In this document: piece after piece, positions 1 to 56,717 of the stretch
Position numbering within the stretch: position 1 is the stretch's first letter
Layout: each line of letters opens with the position of its first letter
Assembly (NCBI GenBank): GCA_963693365.1
Contig: CAVNZM010000005.1
Span: forward strand, 4,029,716-4,093,715
Direction of reading: 5' to 3'
Length of the DNA stretch: 64,000 nt
Origin: Amoebidium appalachense
Lineage: Eukaryota > Protista > Ichthyosporea
The notes under the pieces: generated by a model
What the model was told of the DNA's origin: nothing
Database searches by the model: none
The model's input: only the letters and a program-made list of their open reading frames with translations
Translations under genes and position numbers: made by a program

Positions 1-119
1 TTCTTCTTCTTTTTGGGTTGGTTGGTTGGGGGGGGGGGGGGGGGGGGGGGCTTTTTGCCGAAAACGCTGCTACTTTAGCCAAGAGAACGAGGGTATTGAG
101 TGGTGTTGGCCGGGGCTGA

Positions 120-170
<51 letters not shown>

Positions 171-231
171 ACTTTGCACTAATCGATTCACAGAGAGCAT
201 TTAAACTGTCTTATTTCCCTTCATCAATCTA

Positions 232-262
<31 letters not shown>

Positions 263-360
263 AAAAAAAAAACCCCTGCCCTAACTCAACCCATACCCAC
301 TCAACCCAACACAAGTTAATTAAGTTTTACCCCAAAACCGTTAGACTACAGTACGTCTGT

Positions 361-471
361 AACTAGAGTGACGTTCATTTGCCAGCCCTCTGCTCACCCC
401 CAAACCTATACCCCAACTAGAGTGACGTTCATTTGCCAGCCCTCTAACCCATTAACCCCTACCTTGACCAG

Positions 472-491
<20 letters not shown>
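361..491 (+). repeat. Tandem copies of the PRPS intron/exon junction
   Basis: aactagagtgacgttcatttgccagccctct occurs at 361-391 and 415-445; the true acceptor reads accag|agtgacgtcgattgcc from 467. Confidence 0.85.
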
Positions 492-3223
<2,732 letters not shown>

Positions 3224-3644
3224 TCATGTAGCGTGCGATTGATAGACAATCATGCAACTTGCGCACTGTTGCACATGGCCGGCTCATTGTTCAGACCATT
3301 TTTTGGTATCTTCTTTTTTCTCGTTATTTATCCGACTCCGCTCTCTCTCACATTTCTGAATTTGTGTGACCCCCCCCCCCCCCCCCCCCACAATATACAC
3401 ACACACACACGATTCCACCCTCTCGTTCGATGAGTATGTCACAGTGTAGAAATGGTAGCGCTGTTATTCGTATGGATAGAGACCCGACTGGTGCCTTTTT
3501 TGAGATGTAGGTGACAGAGACTGAAATAAAGATACACACACGCACACAAACACAACCACACCCACTTTGCACAGGCGAAAATCTGCATTTACCCATGATA
3601 TTGTCGGATAGGCCGTGAGTCCACGTTTGATATCATGCATATGG

Positions 3645-3806
3645 ACGTCGCGAGTATTTTTCCAAATCCTTGTTCTGGGGGATTGATTTTCGAAGCACCG
3701 CCTTAGGCTAACCCTAATTGGGCTAGTAACAAGTGGCATATCTTATTTTCTGTATTCGTAATAATTTTTTGGTCGAAGGGAGTGCCCTGGCGGTATTAAC
3801 CCCTCA
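3645..3806 (+). ncRNA. Candidate structured small RNA with an Sm-type site (identity unknown)
   Basis: AATTTTTTGG at 3763-3772 followed by a hairpin (3775-3805). Upstream pairings: cttgtt/aacaag enclosing two stem-loops, and gcgagta/tattcgt. No canonical U1/U11 5' end seen. Confidence 0.3.
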
Positions 3807-3875
3807 ATCTCTCACCGGTTGAAATGAAAGGCCACTCACTGCTGCCCCCCCCCCCCCCCCTCCGGCGCTGTGAAT

Positions 3876-4018
3876 GGGTCGAAACTCGGGTACTGTGGGT
3901 GACGTGCCCCCTCCCTGAGGATACTGCTTGTTATGCTTAGTCTTTATGTGTGGTTTGCACGCACTCTGCATCGTGTTGTCCGTTGTCTATGTGTACATCG
4001 TAATTCATGACACATTCT

Positions 4019-4054
<36 letters not shown>

Positions 4055-4088
4055 AAGAAACAAAAACAAAAAAACAAAAACAAAAAAC
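3876..4088 (+). mobile_element. Dispersed short repeat family copy (ggtcgaaac..ccctgaggat..cattc + C-run + A-rich tail)
   Basis: gggtcgaaactcgggtactgtgg..ccctgaggat and ctgcatcgtgttgtccgtt match the reverse complement of 36557-36701. Ends in a ~33-nt C-run then an A-rich tract. Confidence 0.75.
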
Positions 4089-5054
4089 GCACACATGTGT
4101 ACAGTGTGACACCACCACCACCACCACCACCAACACACACATGTGTACACACACATCCTGAGCCACGGTCTGGCAGTCACGGACACGAGTACCCCTCCCC
4201 CCCCCCCCCCCCCCCCCTACACACACCGTGACACGTGCACACACACACACCGAGGCTCTCTCAGTTACAGACTGGCAGTACTCAGGGACAGGATCATGAC
4301 CTTCCCCCCCTCCCCCCCCTCCCCCTCCCCCCGCCACCACCCGCCCCCACGTGACTCAGCCACGCATATTTTTTATTTTATTTTGCCCGGTTTTTTCCTT
4401 GGAGCCCCTTGCAGTCCCTCAAAGGAACTGCATAGCTACCGTCGAAGCTTTATAAATTTGATCTACTTGATGTGTCCTTTGTAAGCAAGCATCACTTGTA
4501 TTACTAATATCGATAGCTGTTCGAGATAGTTAGCACGATATTGACCAATCCTAGCTACTAGTACACACTTAGCCCAGAGTTTTTGCCCCAACCTCGCTTA
4601 GCTATAGTGGAGAGGAACACCCATGCACATGTGAATCTATTTGCAGTCTGAGGTCGCCAATCAGGATCATGGTGAGGTGCTGCATGCGCGCATGCATGCC
4701 AGTGTACCGTACAGTCTATCTGCCGACGTTCTATATGACCAGCACAAGAAATGATTCACCTGAGTGAGTGGTCACTGTGAAAACTACACAAGAGAAAGGG
4801 GACTTGCTTACAAAATGGGAGGAGGAGAGTCGACTCTGAGAGTCGAGCTCGACGCAGAGACAGTACCGTGCACGTGAGGCCCTGAGACGGGCCGAGGAGC
4901 TCGGTCTGTCTCAGGGCTGGACTGGTTCCTATTGGTTCGGAAAGCATCACCAAGTACAATTACTGCAGCAGTGAGCCTACAGTACCTAGTGTGATTTGCA
5001 TAGATATCCATTCATTACTTTCTATACCACAGTAACTGCTTATAGGCTGCGGTC

Positions 5055-5087
<33 letters not shown>

Positions 5088-6181
5088 TGTGTTTCTTATA
5101 ACTCATAAACCTTCAACGAAGCCGCCAAGTTCAGCTAGAAACGCTTTTCGTAACCCTGGGTGGCCGCTAGATGATTGGCTGACGGTGTATCTCCACATGT
5201 TTAAGCAAGGTATGCATGTGACTCATTGACCTCCCCTTTTTCAGGGTGCGCGAAAGAGGCTTAGATGTCCTACCTCCACATTTTCTACAGTATCTACACG
5301 GAAAAACGATGAATTGTTGTACAGAAATACAGTTATATCTGTTTAGATGATTTTAAATTTACCTAATGTCAGATGGCATATAATAATTATTAGTTCTTGG
5401 TTTTGCCAAGCAGATAAAATTTGTTTGCCAGGCTGGGGTCGTTATTTTTTGGGTCACTGGTATGCACCGTGGTCTAGGGAGACATGAGGGGTGGCCATGC
5501 CGCAATCAGCTGTTTCGCCATGCGCGAAGCTTAAAACTGCATAAATATACATCTTAATAGCTAAAATTAATAGAAGTGGCCTCGTTACTATTATTGCTGC
5601 TAGGAGCTGGGTAGGGCTTACACTCAAGCGCCGACAATCAACAGTCATACCACACCGTTGACGGCGATCTGGGGCATATCAGTGATGCGGTGTCTAACGA
5701 GCTCCTAATAGGATAAACATCACGCACTTCATGTAAAAGCAATATATTTCAGCCAATAGCAACCCGGCAGATGGCTCATGAAGGTGCACGTTGGCCAGTT
5801 TCACACGTCGACTGTGTGACACAAAGCAGTGCAAAGTGTATGTTTTTTCAACGAACCTTTTGTAGGGAACAGGGGAAATCAACATGATTCTGTAAACACC
5901 TTGTGCGTAACTATTGTTGTTGTTCTAGTTGGAAGTTCTGGACGCTATGTATTGTTATTTGCGCGCTTTTGTACGCTGGGCTAGTCCAAGCCCTGAAGCA
6001 TTGTGGTTACACCAAACAAGGGCAACCAGTCTCTGAGTCCGAAACCCCTCTACTTCAAGGAGTCGCTTAGGTGCTCTTCCAAACGTATAATACGTCAAAG
6101 GAGGTTAGCAAATGCGAGGCGCTTTATATATACTGAAGGTTTTCCATGACATATAGTGCACATCTTTGAACACGAATAAGA

Positions 6182-18166
<11,985 letters not shown>

Positions 18167-19852
18167 GGGTCACGTGACTCGTGGAAAAATCGTACCGAGA
18201 GTCCATTTCATTGGATGTGGTGTAGTCTGTACAATATTAGAGATCCACTGATGATGAACTTTGTGGTGTGAGGAAGGGGAATGAGCGAGTGTGTGTGTTT
18301 TGTGTGTGTGTTTTTTTTGGGGGGGGGGGGGGGGGAGGGGGGAGGATAGGGGGAGGCCCTCCGGGGGAGGGGGGGGGGGGTCTGGTTCAATATATACAAG
18401 GCAGACTCAGCCCTTTCTTTTTTGTCATGCATGTATATTAGAAGTGGTGCCACACTACCTTGATCAAAGTGTGTTATTTGGTGTGTTAATTGCTTGCCTG
18501 GTGGCAGATTAAATAAATTGTACGTAGGTCCCTGATTTTGTGTGTTGATTCGGCTAACTAAGAAGGTCTTGATATATTTTGTGATATGAAATAGCTAATT
18601 TAGCAGACGATGGTTGCAATATATTAGGTACACAAAGGTACTTTTATGTTGCTAGCAGCATGTATTTTCACTAGCGTAAACATACATGCCCACACACATT
18701 CACACAAAAATGCTAATGGGTGCTCACTCTAGATCTGGTGTGTGTTCGCAGTATATATGGATGCATATGGAACAATAATAAAAGTACATTACACTCAGGC
18801 TCGGCACAATGATTTGCAGGGTGACTCGTGTATTACAGAGAGGGGTGTTGTTGACGTTACACCACATGTATGTATTGGCGTGACCCACTTCATGTATCCT
18901 GGGATACGCATACTTACCAGAATAAATCCGGCTTCGGAACAACCTTACATGTCCAGAAGAAGAATTCAGATATCCTCTCTCTCTCTCTCTCCCTCCCAGC
19001 TCTCTCTCTCCCTCTCGAGGAGGCTCCCTCTCGGGCCCAGCTCTCTCTCCCTCCCTCCCTCTCTCTCTCTCTCTCCCTCCCGGCTCTCTCTCTCTCTCTT
19101 CTCCTCCCCCCGCCGCCCCCCCCCCCCCCCCTCTTCCCGAGATCTCTCTTGCTCACACACACACGTGCACACACACACACACTGTGTCCCTCCCTTACTC
19201 TCTCTGATGTATGTTTAACCAGGGGTTAACTTATATATATCTCTCTAACTCTCTCTACCCCCCTCTCTCTAGATAGCTATGTATATAGCTCTTCGGATGC
19301 TCTACCTCCCTAGCTATCCCTCTCGAGATCTCTCTCTAGATCTCTCCCTCAGCAACTTGAAGAGAAAATCCGTGTCGTGTTGTCCTTCGTAAATGTGTAT
19401 CCTCCCCCCCCCCCCCCCCTCCCCCCCCCCCCCCCCCATATGCCCCCCCCCCCCCCCCCCCTCCCCTCCTCCTCCTCCCCCTCCCCCTCCTCCTACTGGA
19501 ATTACCCCGGAGACCAATTGCAAAGCCCAGTGCGCGCAACATAGAACGTTATATGTGGTTGCCGTCGTCAAAAACTTTTGAAACATGTACACAAAATTTT
19601 TTCCGCCCTTGTATAGCTTTCAAAAGATAAATGTCACGGCGTGTTTGCACGTGTACGGGGATCATAGTATTGCCTGTTGCGAACATGTACATCGATAGGT
19701 GCACATAGTATATTCTCCTTGTGGGGGTAGGTTAGGTAGGGTGACAAGAGCGCAGATGTTCAATCAGGTTCTTGGTGTTGGTTCGCAGAATACATTTGTG
19801 GCAGACCATGAGGCTGAGGAGTAGGGAAGAGTGGGGATGGGGAAAGGGGGAG

Positions 19853-19957
<105 letters not shown>

Positions 19958-20347
19958 GTGGTGGTGGTGGTGGTGGTGGTGGTGGGGGCGAGGGAGAGGG
20001 GGGGGGGGGGGGGGGGGGGGGGAGGTCGAGGGGAAAGAGCGCCAAATCCGCCCGGCCAATGATGACGTCATGAGCCCTCAATGTGGATGGCAGAGATCGA
20101 TGTGCATGCGGGCGTGCGTGCCACAAATTCGGATGTGTGCGTGCACGTGTGGTTTTGTGTGTGTGGGGAGCCGAACCACCAACCTTCTTTCAAGTTTAGC
20201 CCTGAACCACCTTCGTTTTATACTCACTACAGCGTAAATTACACGCTGGTTGGCTTTGGCAATTGGGATAATTTTTGTCTTTTTTCTTGGTGGTGATTTA
20301 GGAGTATCGGGAAACATCCTCTACAAGTCGGAGAAGGACAAGAGAAA

Positions 20348-24936
<4,589 letters not shown>

Positions 24937-25251
24937 AAAAAAAGGGGAAAAAACAACAAAATGCAGGGTGGGTGGGGTGCTGGAATGGAATGTATGTGGC
25001 TTAACGATAGGTTTTGTTTTCCTACTTCTGCAACTTCTTTTTTTTTTGCTTGGGCATTTGCAGTATAGGCACATGTGTATGCTGGTCGCGGGAGTATCAA
25101 ACAAACCACTCCCTGCTTTTGTTCATATCGGATTCTGCACCTGGCGTCTTTTCGTGCCTTTTTTCCTTTTTTTGTTTTGGCTCGCCTCCATGGTTTCCTT
25201 TTTTGGGGATATATCGCTCACCAACGTGTACACGTACACACACACGCACAC

Positions 25252-25317
<66 letters not shown>

Positions 25318-25590
25318 GCGCGCGTACGCACCGCAAGCGTGCACACCTGGGACATAGAGGGATGGGGGAAGGGTCATGGATTGATGGTGAGGGGGTGGAG
25401 TATAGGGAACATGGATGGGGTCTAGGTGGAGGGTGCTGGCTGGGCCACACCTGAGAAATTGAGCCTTTTGGCTATGAATGAACAAAGGGGCAGACAGATG
25501 CTCCTACAATAATCAATGCCCGTGTGCGCCATTGCCTAGCTGTGGTCAGTTTCCATCCCCCCCCCCCCCCCCCCCCCCCCGAGAGGTTAA

Positions 25591-25800
25591 AGAGTCGAAA
25601 CCCATGCTTTTGTGGAGGCATAGGAACCCCCCTGATGATGGGCTCTGTTCAAGTGTCTTCTGCCTGCACGCTTAATTGTTTTGATTTTGGATTTCCCGCC
25701 TTTGTGACGTTTTGTTGTTGCTCTTTGTTGTCTCCTCCATATTTCCAACCCTCTAACGCATACATCACCCCCCCCCCCCCCCCCCCCCCCCACCACCACC
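25591..25800 (+). mobile_element. Dispersed short repeat family copy (divergent subfamily)
   Basis: Starts agagtcgaaac, contains ccccctgatgatgggctctg (family core ccctgaggatgggctctg) and ends in a C-run. Confidence 0.7.
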
Positions 25801-26845
25801 CACCCACCCACCCCCCACCCCTGGCAACACACAAGTACACCCACACTGTGTACACCCGCACTGTACACACACACACACACGTACATACACACGTACATAC
25901 ACACGCGCGTGCTCGCACACACACACAATCACACACAGGTGACACACAGACTCACTTGTGCATGCTAATCAACATCAATATGTAAAGGCATGCTCTAGAT
26001 CTTTATCCATGGCGATACATCGGCGATAATGATAACAACAGCATACACAATTCGGCCAAGTTTTTTTTTTTTAATGCGATCGAGTGACCAGCACTACAAA
26101 AGCTTTGGTAAGCTCCGATTTGGTTAGTCAGCAGAATCATGTGCATTACAAGTGCATGTATAGAAAATCACAAGCATAATAATCATAAGCCATACACATA
26201 TACGATCATCCTGATCAGCTACCCACTGCACACGATTATAACAGTTAGTGTAAATTACTCATCGGGCATTGCTACTGAATGGCAAATATTTATCAACCTG
26301 TGACAGGTTCAGATTACTTCGAATGCCATGGTTGGCGTTTCTGCATGATTGAATCCAAAATCATTCCGCTTATAGCCTCCCCCCTCCCCCCCCCCCCCCC
26401 CCCCCCCCCCGGCAAGAAAAAATAAAAAAATAAAAAAATACACCCACATACCCAACCACACCTACACACACACACTAAACCCACCACACCCGCTACCACC
26501 ACATACACCCAGCAGGCCGGACATAGGAAATTTCCCCACCCACCCACATCCCACTCACGGCTACTACAATATCCATACCATCCGTACCAGTGTAGCAAGA
26601 ATGAACCCCCCCCCCCCCCCCCCCCCCCCCCCGGGGGGCAATTTGTAGATATCTGCCGTGGCTGCAGACAGCGCATTCATGCATTATAACCCGAAGTATG
26701 TAGAAATGGGCTCTAAACTATGCCATTATGATCACACTGCTACTTCACACCAACCGATGTCTTTTGCGCAATCGTATTACCTATTCACACCCCAGGTGAA
26801 ATTTCAAATCGTATATCTTGAAATTTTGTAGCTGTTGTTAATAGC

Positions 26846-50639
<23,794 letters not shown>

Positions 50640-51168
50640 GGTGGCTACGGGTTACACACAAACTTGCTTCTCTGCAAACAACACTCAGGCCTTTTTCAAA
50701 GGTGCCTGCTTTCAAAAAGTTTACGCGCTGCCACACACCAGCTTCTAGAGCTAAAGTCAAATAGGAGAGTGTGCAGGTCACGGTAACCTCAGAGTAGCGG
50801 TTTGAATGACATGGTCTCTCCTACAGTAAATCCAGCCGGCGTCGTCTTCATGCAGGACCAGAGAACCTCAACTTGAAACGTCCACGACGACGACGGCGCG
50901 GAGGTGGGCCACGAGGATTTACCCTCCTCTAAACAGCAATGATTGCGCCTTCTTCGCTCATGAGTCATGACAAGGATTTCGCACTCAGTAGCCTACTAGT
51001 CCACAGAACAGTTCGCAGTGGCGAGAGTTATCAATACTTTTTTTTCCCAGTTGTATAGTATTTTTTTTTAGCGCGTGAGCGTTATAGAATCATTCAAGGG
51101 TAGGCGCGGGTTTCGGATAACGCACGGTTAGGCTTCAATATACAGTTTTTCCGTTGCCTGAAAGCAAC
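50640..51168. promoter_or_regulatory. Putative bidirectional promoter between AlaRS (-) and the RS-rich gene (+)
   Basis: Divergent start codons 530 bp apart; the interval is CpG-containing and has no microsatellites. Confidence 0.55.
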
Positions 51169-51321
51169 ATGGGACGCAGTGGTAAGGAACCCCTCCTTCT
51201 GTGTGTGGGTGCTCGAACTTGAATGGTTGCACATCGAGGCTGTTTTGTCTTATACTTTGGTGCACTGTGCCTGCTTCTGGGTGGTTGTTTCCCTTTTTGT
51301 TCTGGGCGCCTAGTATTGACC

Positions 51322-51366
<45 letters not shown>

Positions 51367-51499
51367 AAACACACAAAAAAAAAAAAAAAAAAACACCACT
51401 ACCACTCCCAGGCTGTCAGCCATCCTGCTTGTGTAATCCCCTGATCTTCCCGCAGCCTTTCACTATTGATATTTTTTTTTCTTGAGATTAGATTTAAAA

Positions 51500-51535
<36 letters not shown>

Positions 51536-51785
51536 ACAAAAAAAAAAAAAAAAAAAAAAAAGGTCGCCACCTCCACCACCGCCACAAGGCACACACCTTC
51601 ACCACTACCACCCCTTCCTAACACTTTTTCTTATTCTCGTATATACCTTCCCATGGTTATATTGGTTGTGTGTTTCTTACCGTTATGTCCGCTGCCCAGA
51701 GTCCCGCAGCCCAGCCCCGCGCCGGAGGTCACCTTCTCCGAGAGATGACCGGGGCCGGAGGGACGACAGACGAGGTTTGCCCACC

Positions 51786-51818
<33 letters not shown>

Positions 51819-53199
51819 CCCTCCCGCCCTTCCCTCCTTCCCCCCCACTGGACTCTCCCCACTTCCCTGGGGTTGGCTCGGGATTTTTTTGGAGGTGGGC
51901 TCTGCTTTTTACACTCTTTTTGGTTTTTAACAGCTGTACGTGTTTTGATCGTAGTTTTTAGTACTGCGTACCGAGTCATTCATTGATAGATTTTCTAAAG
52001 CCCTTTGACCCATTTTCCCCTTCCCTCCCAGCACCAGTGCTCATACGTCCTATGTGTCTTTTTATTTGCAAGGCCCTGACCTCGTGTCTCTTTGTCATAA
52101 GTTTTTCCTTCTCTCTTTCTGCGCTCATCCCACACCCTTGCTCTCATGGCCTGTGTTCACCGTTTTGTGTGCACCTAGTAGCCCAACTGGACGAAATGAA
52201 ATCTCTTATCAAAATATGGCTCTTACTATTTGAAGAAATGAATAGAAGGTGCATCTTCCCTTCTTTTCACGGGTGTTTGGCTGTTCTTTCCCGTCCTTCC
52301 CAATTGCTCGGCTATTTGAGAACTGATAGCGGGCACTGATTTTCGATTTTCGTGGGCAACAAACCCGCCATTTACTCCATATTGTGGCTGATATTACCGC
52401 GCTCTTGCCCACCAAACTGCATACTCTAGAACGCATTTGCCCAGGCTTTGCGGGCCACACCCATCCTGCCATATCCGCACAAGTGCCTAACATCATGCTC
52501 CCCCTGCAGACACCCGCAGCCCACCGCGCCGCCGTTCACCCTCCCCTCGCCGCTTCTCGCGTGACGACAGAGACAGAGATTTTGACAGAGACAGATATAG
52601 AGACAGGGGGATGGACAGAGATTGGCGTGGGCGTGACGATAGGGGAGGTGACTGGGGTAGGGACAGAGACAGAGAGTGGGACAGAGATGTGGACAGGCGG
52701 AGAGACAGGGACAGGGAGGTAGACAGAGATAGAGATAGAAGCAGAGACAGAGAGTGGGACAGAGACAGAGAGAGAGAAAGGAGCAGAGACAGGTCTAGAC
52801 GTCGCAGCAGGAGCCCTGACTGGGGTCGACGTGGGTGAGTGGTTGTTGATTTCTTTCCCCCCCCCCCTTTTTTTTTTTTTGTTTGTTTGTTTGTTTTTGG
52901 GGGGAAGGGGGGGAGGGTTAAAGTCTTGTCATTGTTGGTACTTTGAGTCTCACCGCTCCTTTCTCACTCGTATTATTGCTTCTCGTTTTTCTGTGTGCGT
53001 GATCGTAGATTGTACTGTGTACGGCAACGTGGGGGGCTCCGCTTTTCCTACCCTCAATTCCAATACCCCATCCCCTTTTCCTCGAGTTTCTAGGGGGCTT
53101 CACACAGATTGATGTGCTGCTTTAGCTTTGTTATGACTCTTGCCTCTTCTCCCTTGTGAGTGTGCACCCTAGAGGTTGTCCTCCCCCCCCCCCCCCCCC

Positions 53200-53230
<31 letters not shown>

Positions 53231-53749
53231 ACACATCAATCCGATCTCCCTTCCCCCCCCCCCCCCCCCCCCCCCCCTTTTTCCCGATCGTGTTATCCGT
53301 TTGTTCTTGTGTACTTCGTACTTTTTGACGCATTCAAACCCCCCTCCCAAAGCTCCCCTCCTCCGGCCCCCACTCTTCCTTCTTTGTGACACAGCACACC
53401 CACGATTTAAATTGAATTTGATTATCATCTACCCCAGAGCTGACACGTGCCTGCACGTAAAGTTTCTCCAAGATGGTGGGGTTGGTGTTGGTTTGAGGGT
53501 GTGTTTGGGGTATTATGGGGGAGGGGGGGAGGGAATGGGGTGTGTGTGTGTGTGTAGGGGGGGGGGGGGGGGTAGCTCCTTTTTTGACCAAGGCTTGGGA
53601 GATGTGGTTTCTAACATGGTGTTCTCTTTTTTCTTTCCCCTGTGCATGTGGTTTCGTAGTTTTTCTTCTCCCCCTCCTCCTCCCCTCTCCCACCGGCCAT
53701 TAACATATGATGTCTGTGTTTTTCCGTTTGTGTGTGTGCGGGTGTGTGT

Positions 53750-53819
<70 letters not shown>

Positions 53820-54185
53820 ACGTGCATCCGCGTGCATATGTGTATGCACAGGAGGTCCCGCTCTCCCGACGATCGTCAAAGACGTTCGCGCTCCAGGGAG
53901 CTCTCTCCCTTCGACACAGCCGAGTTATCACCGTACGAGGTGTCTGGAGACGAAAAGGACAAAGGAAGCAGCAGTAGCGACAGTGATTCTGAGAGCGGAA
54001 AGGAGGGTGGGGACGGCAAGAAGAAGAAGAAGAAGAAGAAGGATAAGAAGAAAAAGAGCAAAAAGGTGAAGTGTTGGGGTCCCCCCGTGATGTGTTGACG
54101 TGTGTGGGTGGTGTGTGGTGCGTGTGGTCCTGTTTGATGGTGTTACCACTGGTGTGGGGTGGGTGTGTGGGTGTGTGCGTGTGTG

Positions 54186-54229
<44 letters not shown>

Positions 54230-55410
54230 TGTGTGCGCGCGCGTGCATGCAAGGGGGGGGGGGGGGATTTTTCTGGTCTCTTTGTGGCATTGTAGGACAT
54301 GACTGAATCAATATTTTGTCGGTTTGAAGGCCACAGATCAGATCACGGCTATTGTCAGCTGCTATCACTTTCTCATATACATGGTAGTCTTGTTCTTTAG
54401 ACATTGCCATTTTTAGCCGTGAAAGAGAAATGCCGGCTTCAATTTTTCAAACGCCAATAGCAGCTAGCTGACAGCAGCCCATCCTCCCCCCCCCACACCC
54501 ACAGGACGAGTATCCATCCTTCGTGGCCCGGCAGGAAAATGCCACCACCCCCAAACCCCATGCCCACTGCTTGCAAACCCACAAAACAAAATGCACGCAC
54601 ATGCACATACACACATCGAGGATTCGACAACAGTGAAGATCGACGAGTGCGCCAAACAAAGGGAGTGCCACGACAAATTCATGTTACATACACACAGACA
54701 CACTTGCGCGCGCACACATGCACGCACACACAACACACACACTCTCACTCACTCACTCACACTCACACCCACATTCACACGCACACCCACGTTCACACTC
54801 ACACACACACACCCCTGCCCCTGCCTCTATTGCCCCATTCTTGATTTTCTCTCCCTCCTTTTTCACTCCTCTCCATTTTGTCATATACCTCTCTCCCCCC
54901 CCCCCCCCCCCCCCCCTTCCTCGCCAATTTGCACATGAACACCCAATTCTACTTTTTCTGCCCGCGACATTTTATTCTCCATATCTCGAGCCTCACACGA
55001 TAAATGCAAGACCTATGCCTGTTTGCACAATAGCGCCCATTTGAGGATTGCACCAATCGGTGTTGGCCATTTTTCCTTCTCTCTTTTTTATCTGCTTGTT
55101 GCGTGCGCTAACCCCCAACAGTCCAAGAAGAAGAGCAAGGATGATGAGCCAGAGAAGCTGTCGGAGGTAAGCCCTCCCCTTCAACACACACACAGACACT
55201 CACACAACATGCCCGCTTGTTAGAGGTTAGAGAGTTAAACGCCGTTGGGATGTGTTCTGTGATGTGCTCCTATCAACGTGTGTCGTTCCTGCGCATTCAT
55301 TTGGTTTCTGGTTTGTGTTTTTTATTGTTGGGGTTTTTGTTTTTTTGTCGCAGTAAGTGTTTTTCCACGCTCCACTTTTGCTGTTGTTGGTGGTGGTGGT
55401 GGTGGTGGTA

Positions 55411-55488
<78 letters not shown>

Positions 55489-55743
55489 TTTGGGGGGGGG
55501 GGGGGGGTCTTTAGGTTATTAGTGCATCAAATCACAGAATGGTTGCTTGTTGTGCCCAGGTTTTGGCAATGCATCTTCTCACTTTTTTACTTTCTGCAGT
55601 TCCTGCACAAGAAGAACAAGGACGGGCCGCGCAGCATTATCACGGGGCAGCTGATCAAAATGAAGGTCAAGAAGAGCAGCAAGGAGAAGGCCGCAGACAA
55701 GAACAGGCAGGACCTGCTCAACTTCCTCAACGAGGCCTCTTAG
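51169..55743 (+). CDS. RS/RD-rich, lysine-rich protein (~271 aa), probably nuclear or splicing-associated
   Basis: Exons 51169-51181, 51700-51774, 52510-52834, 53852-54065, 55122-55166, 55600-55743 with consistent phases: [19 protein letters not shown]..(RD)n..[13 protein letters not shown]..poly-[39 protein letters not shown]. Confidence 0.85.
53287..53350 (+). mobile_element. 3' fragment of the dispersed repeat family
   Basis: atcgtgttatccgtttgttcttgtgtacttcgtactttttgacgcattcaaaccccc matches the reverse complement of 36553-36609. Confidence 0.85.
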
Positions 55744-55948
55744 GCCTGTGCGTGCTTTTGTTCTTTTTTTGTTGTGGTAACAGTTGTTGTTTTTTCCCTT
55801 GTGAATGGTGTGTAACTGTGGTAGAGGTGGTTGCGGCTGCTTTTTCAACTGGAAGCTTTCGTAACGCATTTTTTTTTTTTGGGGGGGGGGGGGGGTGGGG
55901 TGGGGGGGGGGGGGGTGGGGGTGGGGGGGGGGGGGGATGGTTTTGTTT

Positions 55949-55986
<38 letters not shown>

Positions 55987-55989
55987 GTG

Positions 55990-56021
<32 letters not shown>

Positions 56022-56063
56022 GTTGTTTGTTTATTTGCCCAGGTATAATGTCTTCGTTTTTTT

Positions 56064-56123
<60 letters not shown>

Positions 56124-56677
56124 TTGGGGGGGGGGGGGGGGGGGGGGTAATTTGTGTTTTGAATCTCCCGTCGTAACAGCGTTTTGTTCAAACCTTTTTA
56201 CTGGACAGTAATAAAGACAGCCGAATCTGGTTATAAATGAAGATTGCTATTTTTTACACAGCTTGAAGGCCCGAGGGGAACACCCGCACGGCACAAATAC
56301 TGTTCCTCTATCAACACGCTTCTGCAGAAACCTGAAAATTGTCCAATACATTTTCCCCGTGTACTGGAGCTGTGCATAGTGTTTGAATTGTTGCTAACGC
56401 TGCCTCGAGGTAGTATTTCATTGATACCGACCGTGTTGTCCAGGTCGATTGGGAAGAGATAAAAGAAACCATATCACGTGTGGTACCAGTAGGCTCGACG
56501 TGGGGCCTGGGTACTTGGCAAAGTCGGGATGTTGGCCGCTCTGCTTTCTGGGCCTTCTGGACTCTTCTGAACCCATCATGAGCCCCTCCCTCTTCGGAAT
56601 CGGATGCCGCACATGTACACACACACACACACACAACACCCCCCACCCCACCCCCCCCCGTCCCACACACCCACCCA

Positions 56678-56717
<40 letters not shown>

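Noticed and set aside
4640-5340. Small spliced gene in the PRPS to coiled-coil intergenic region
   Set aside because: Splice-like signals exist but give only short ORFs with no recognisable similarity.
18909-18950. atacttacc as a U1 snRNA 5' end
   Set aside because: It continues ag rather than tg, with no U1-70K/U1A loops or Sm site. It is at most a - strand donor-like sequence with no supportable gene.
19210-19660. Helitron-like element
   Set aside because: It has tctc/ctag-rich sequence but no definable 5' TC end or 3' hairpin-CTAG terminus.
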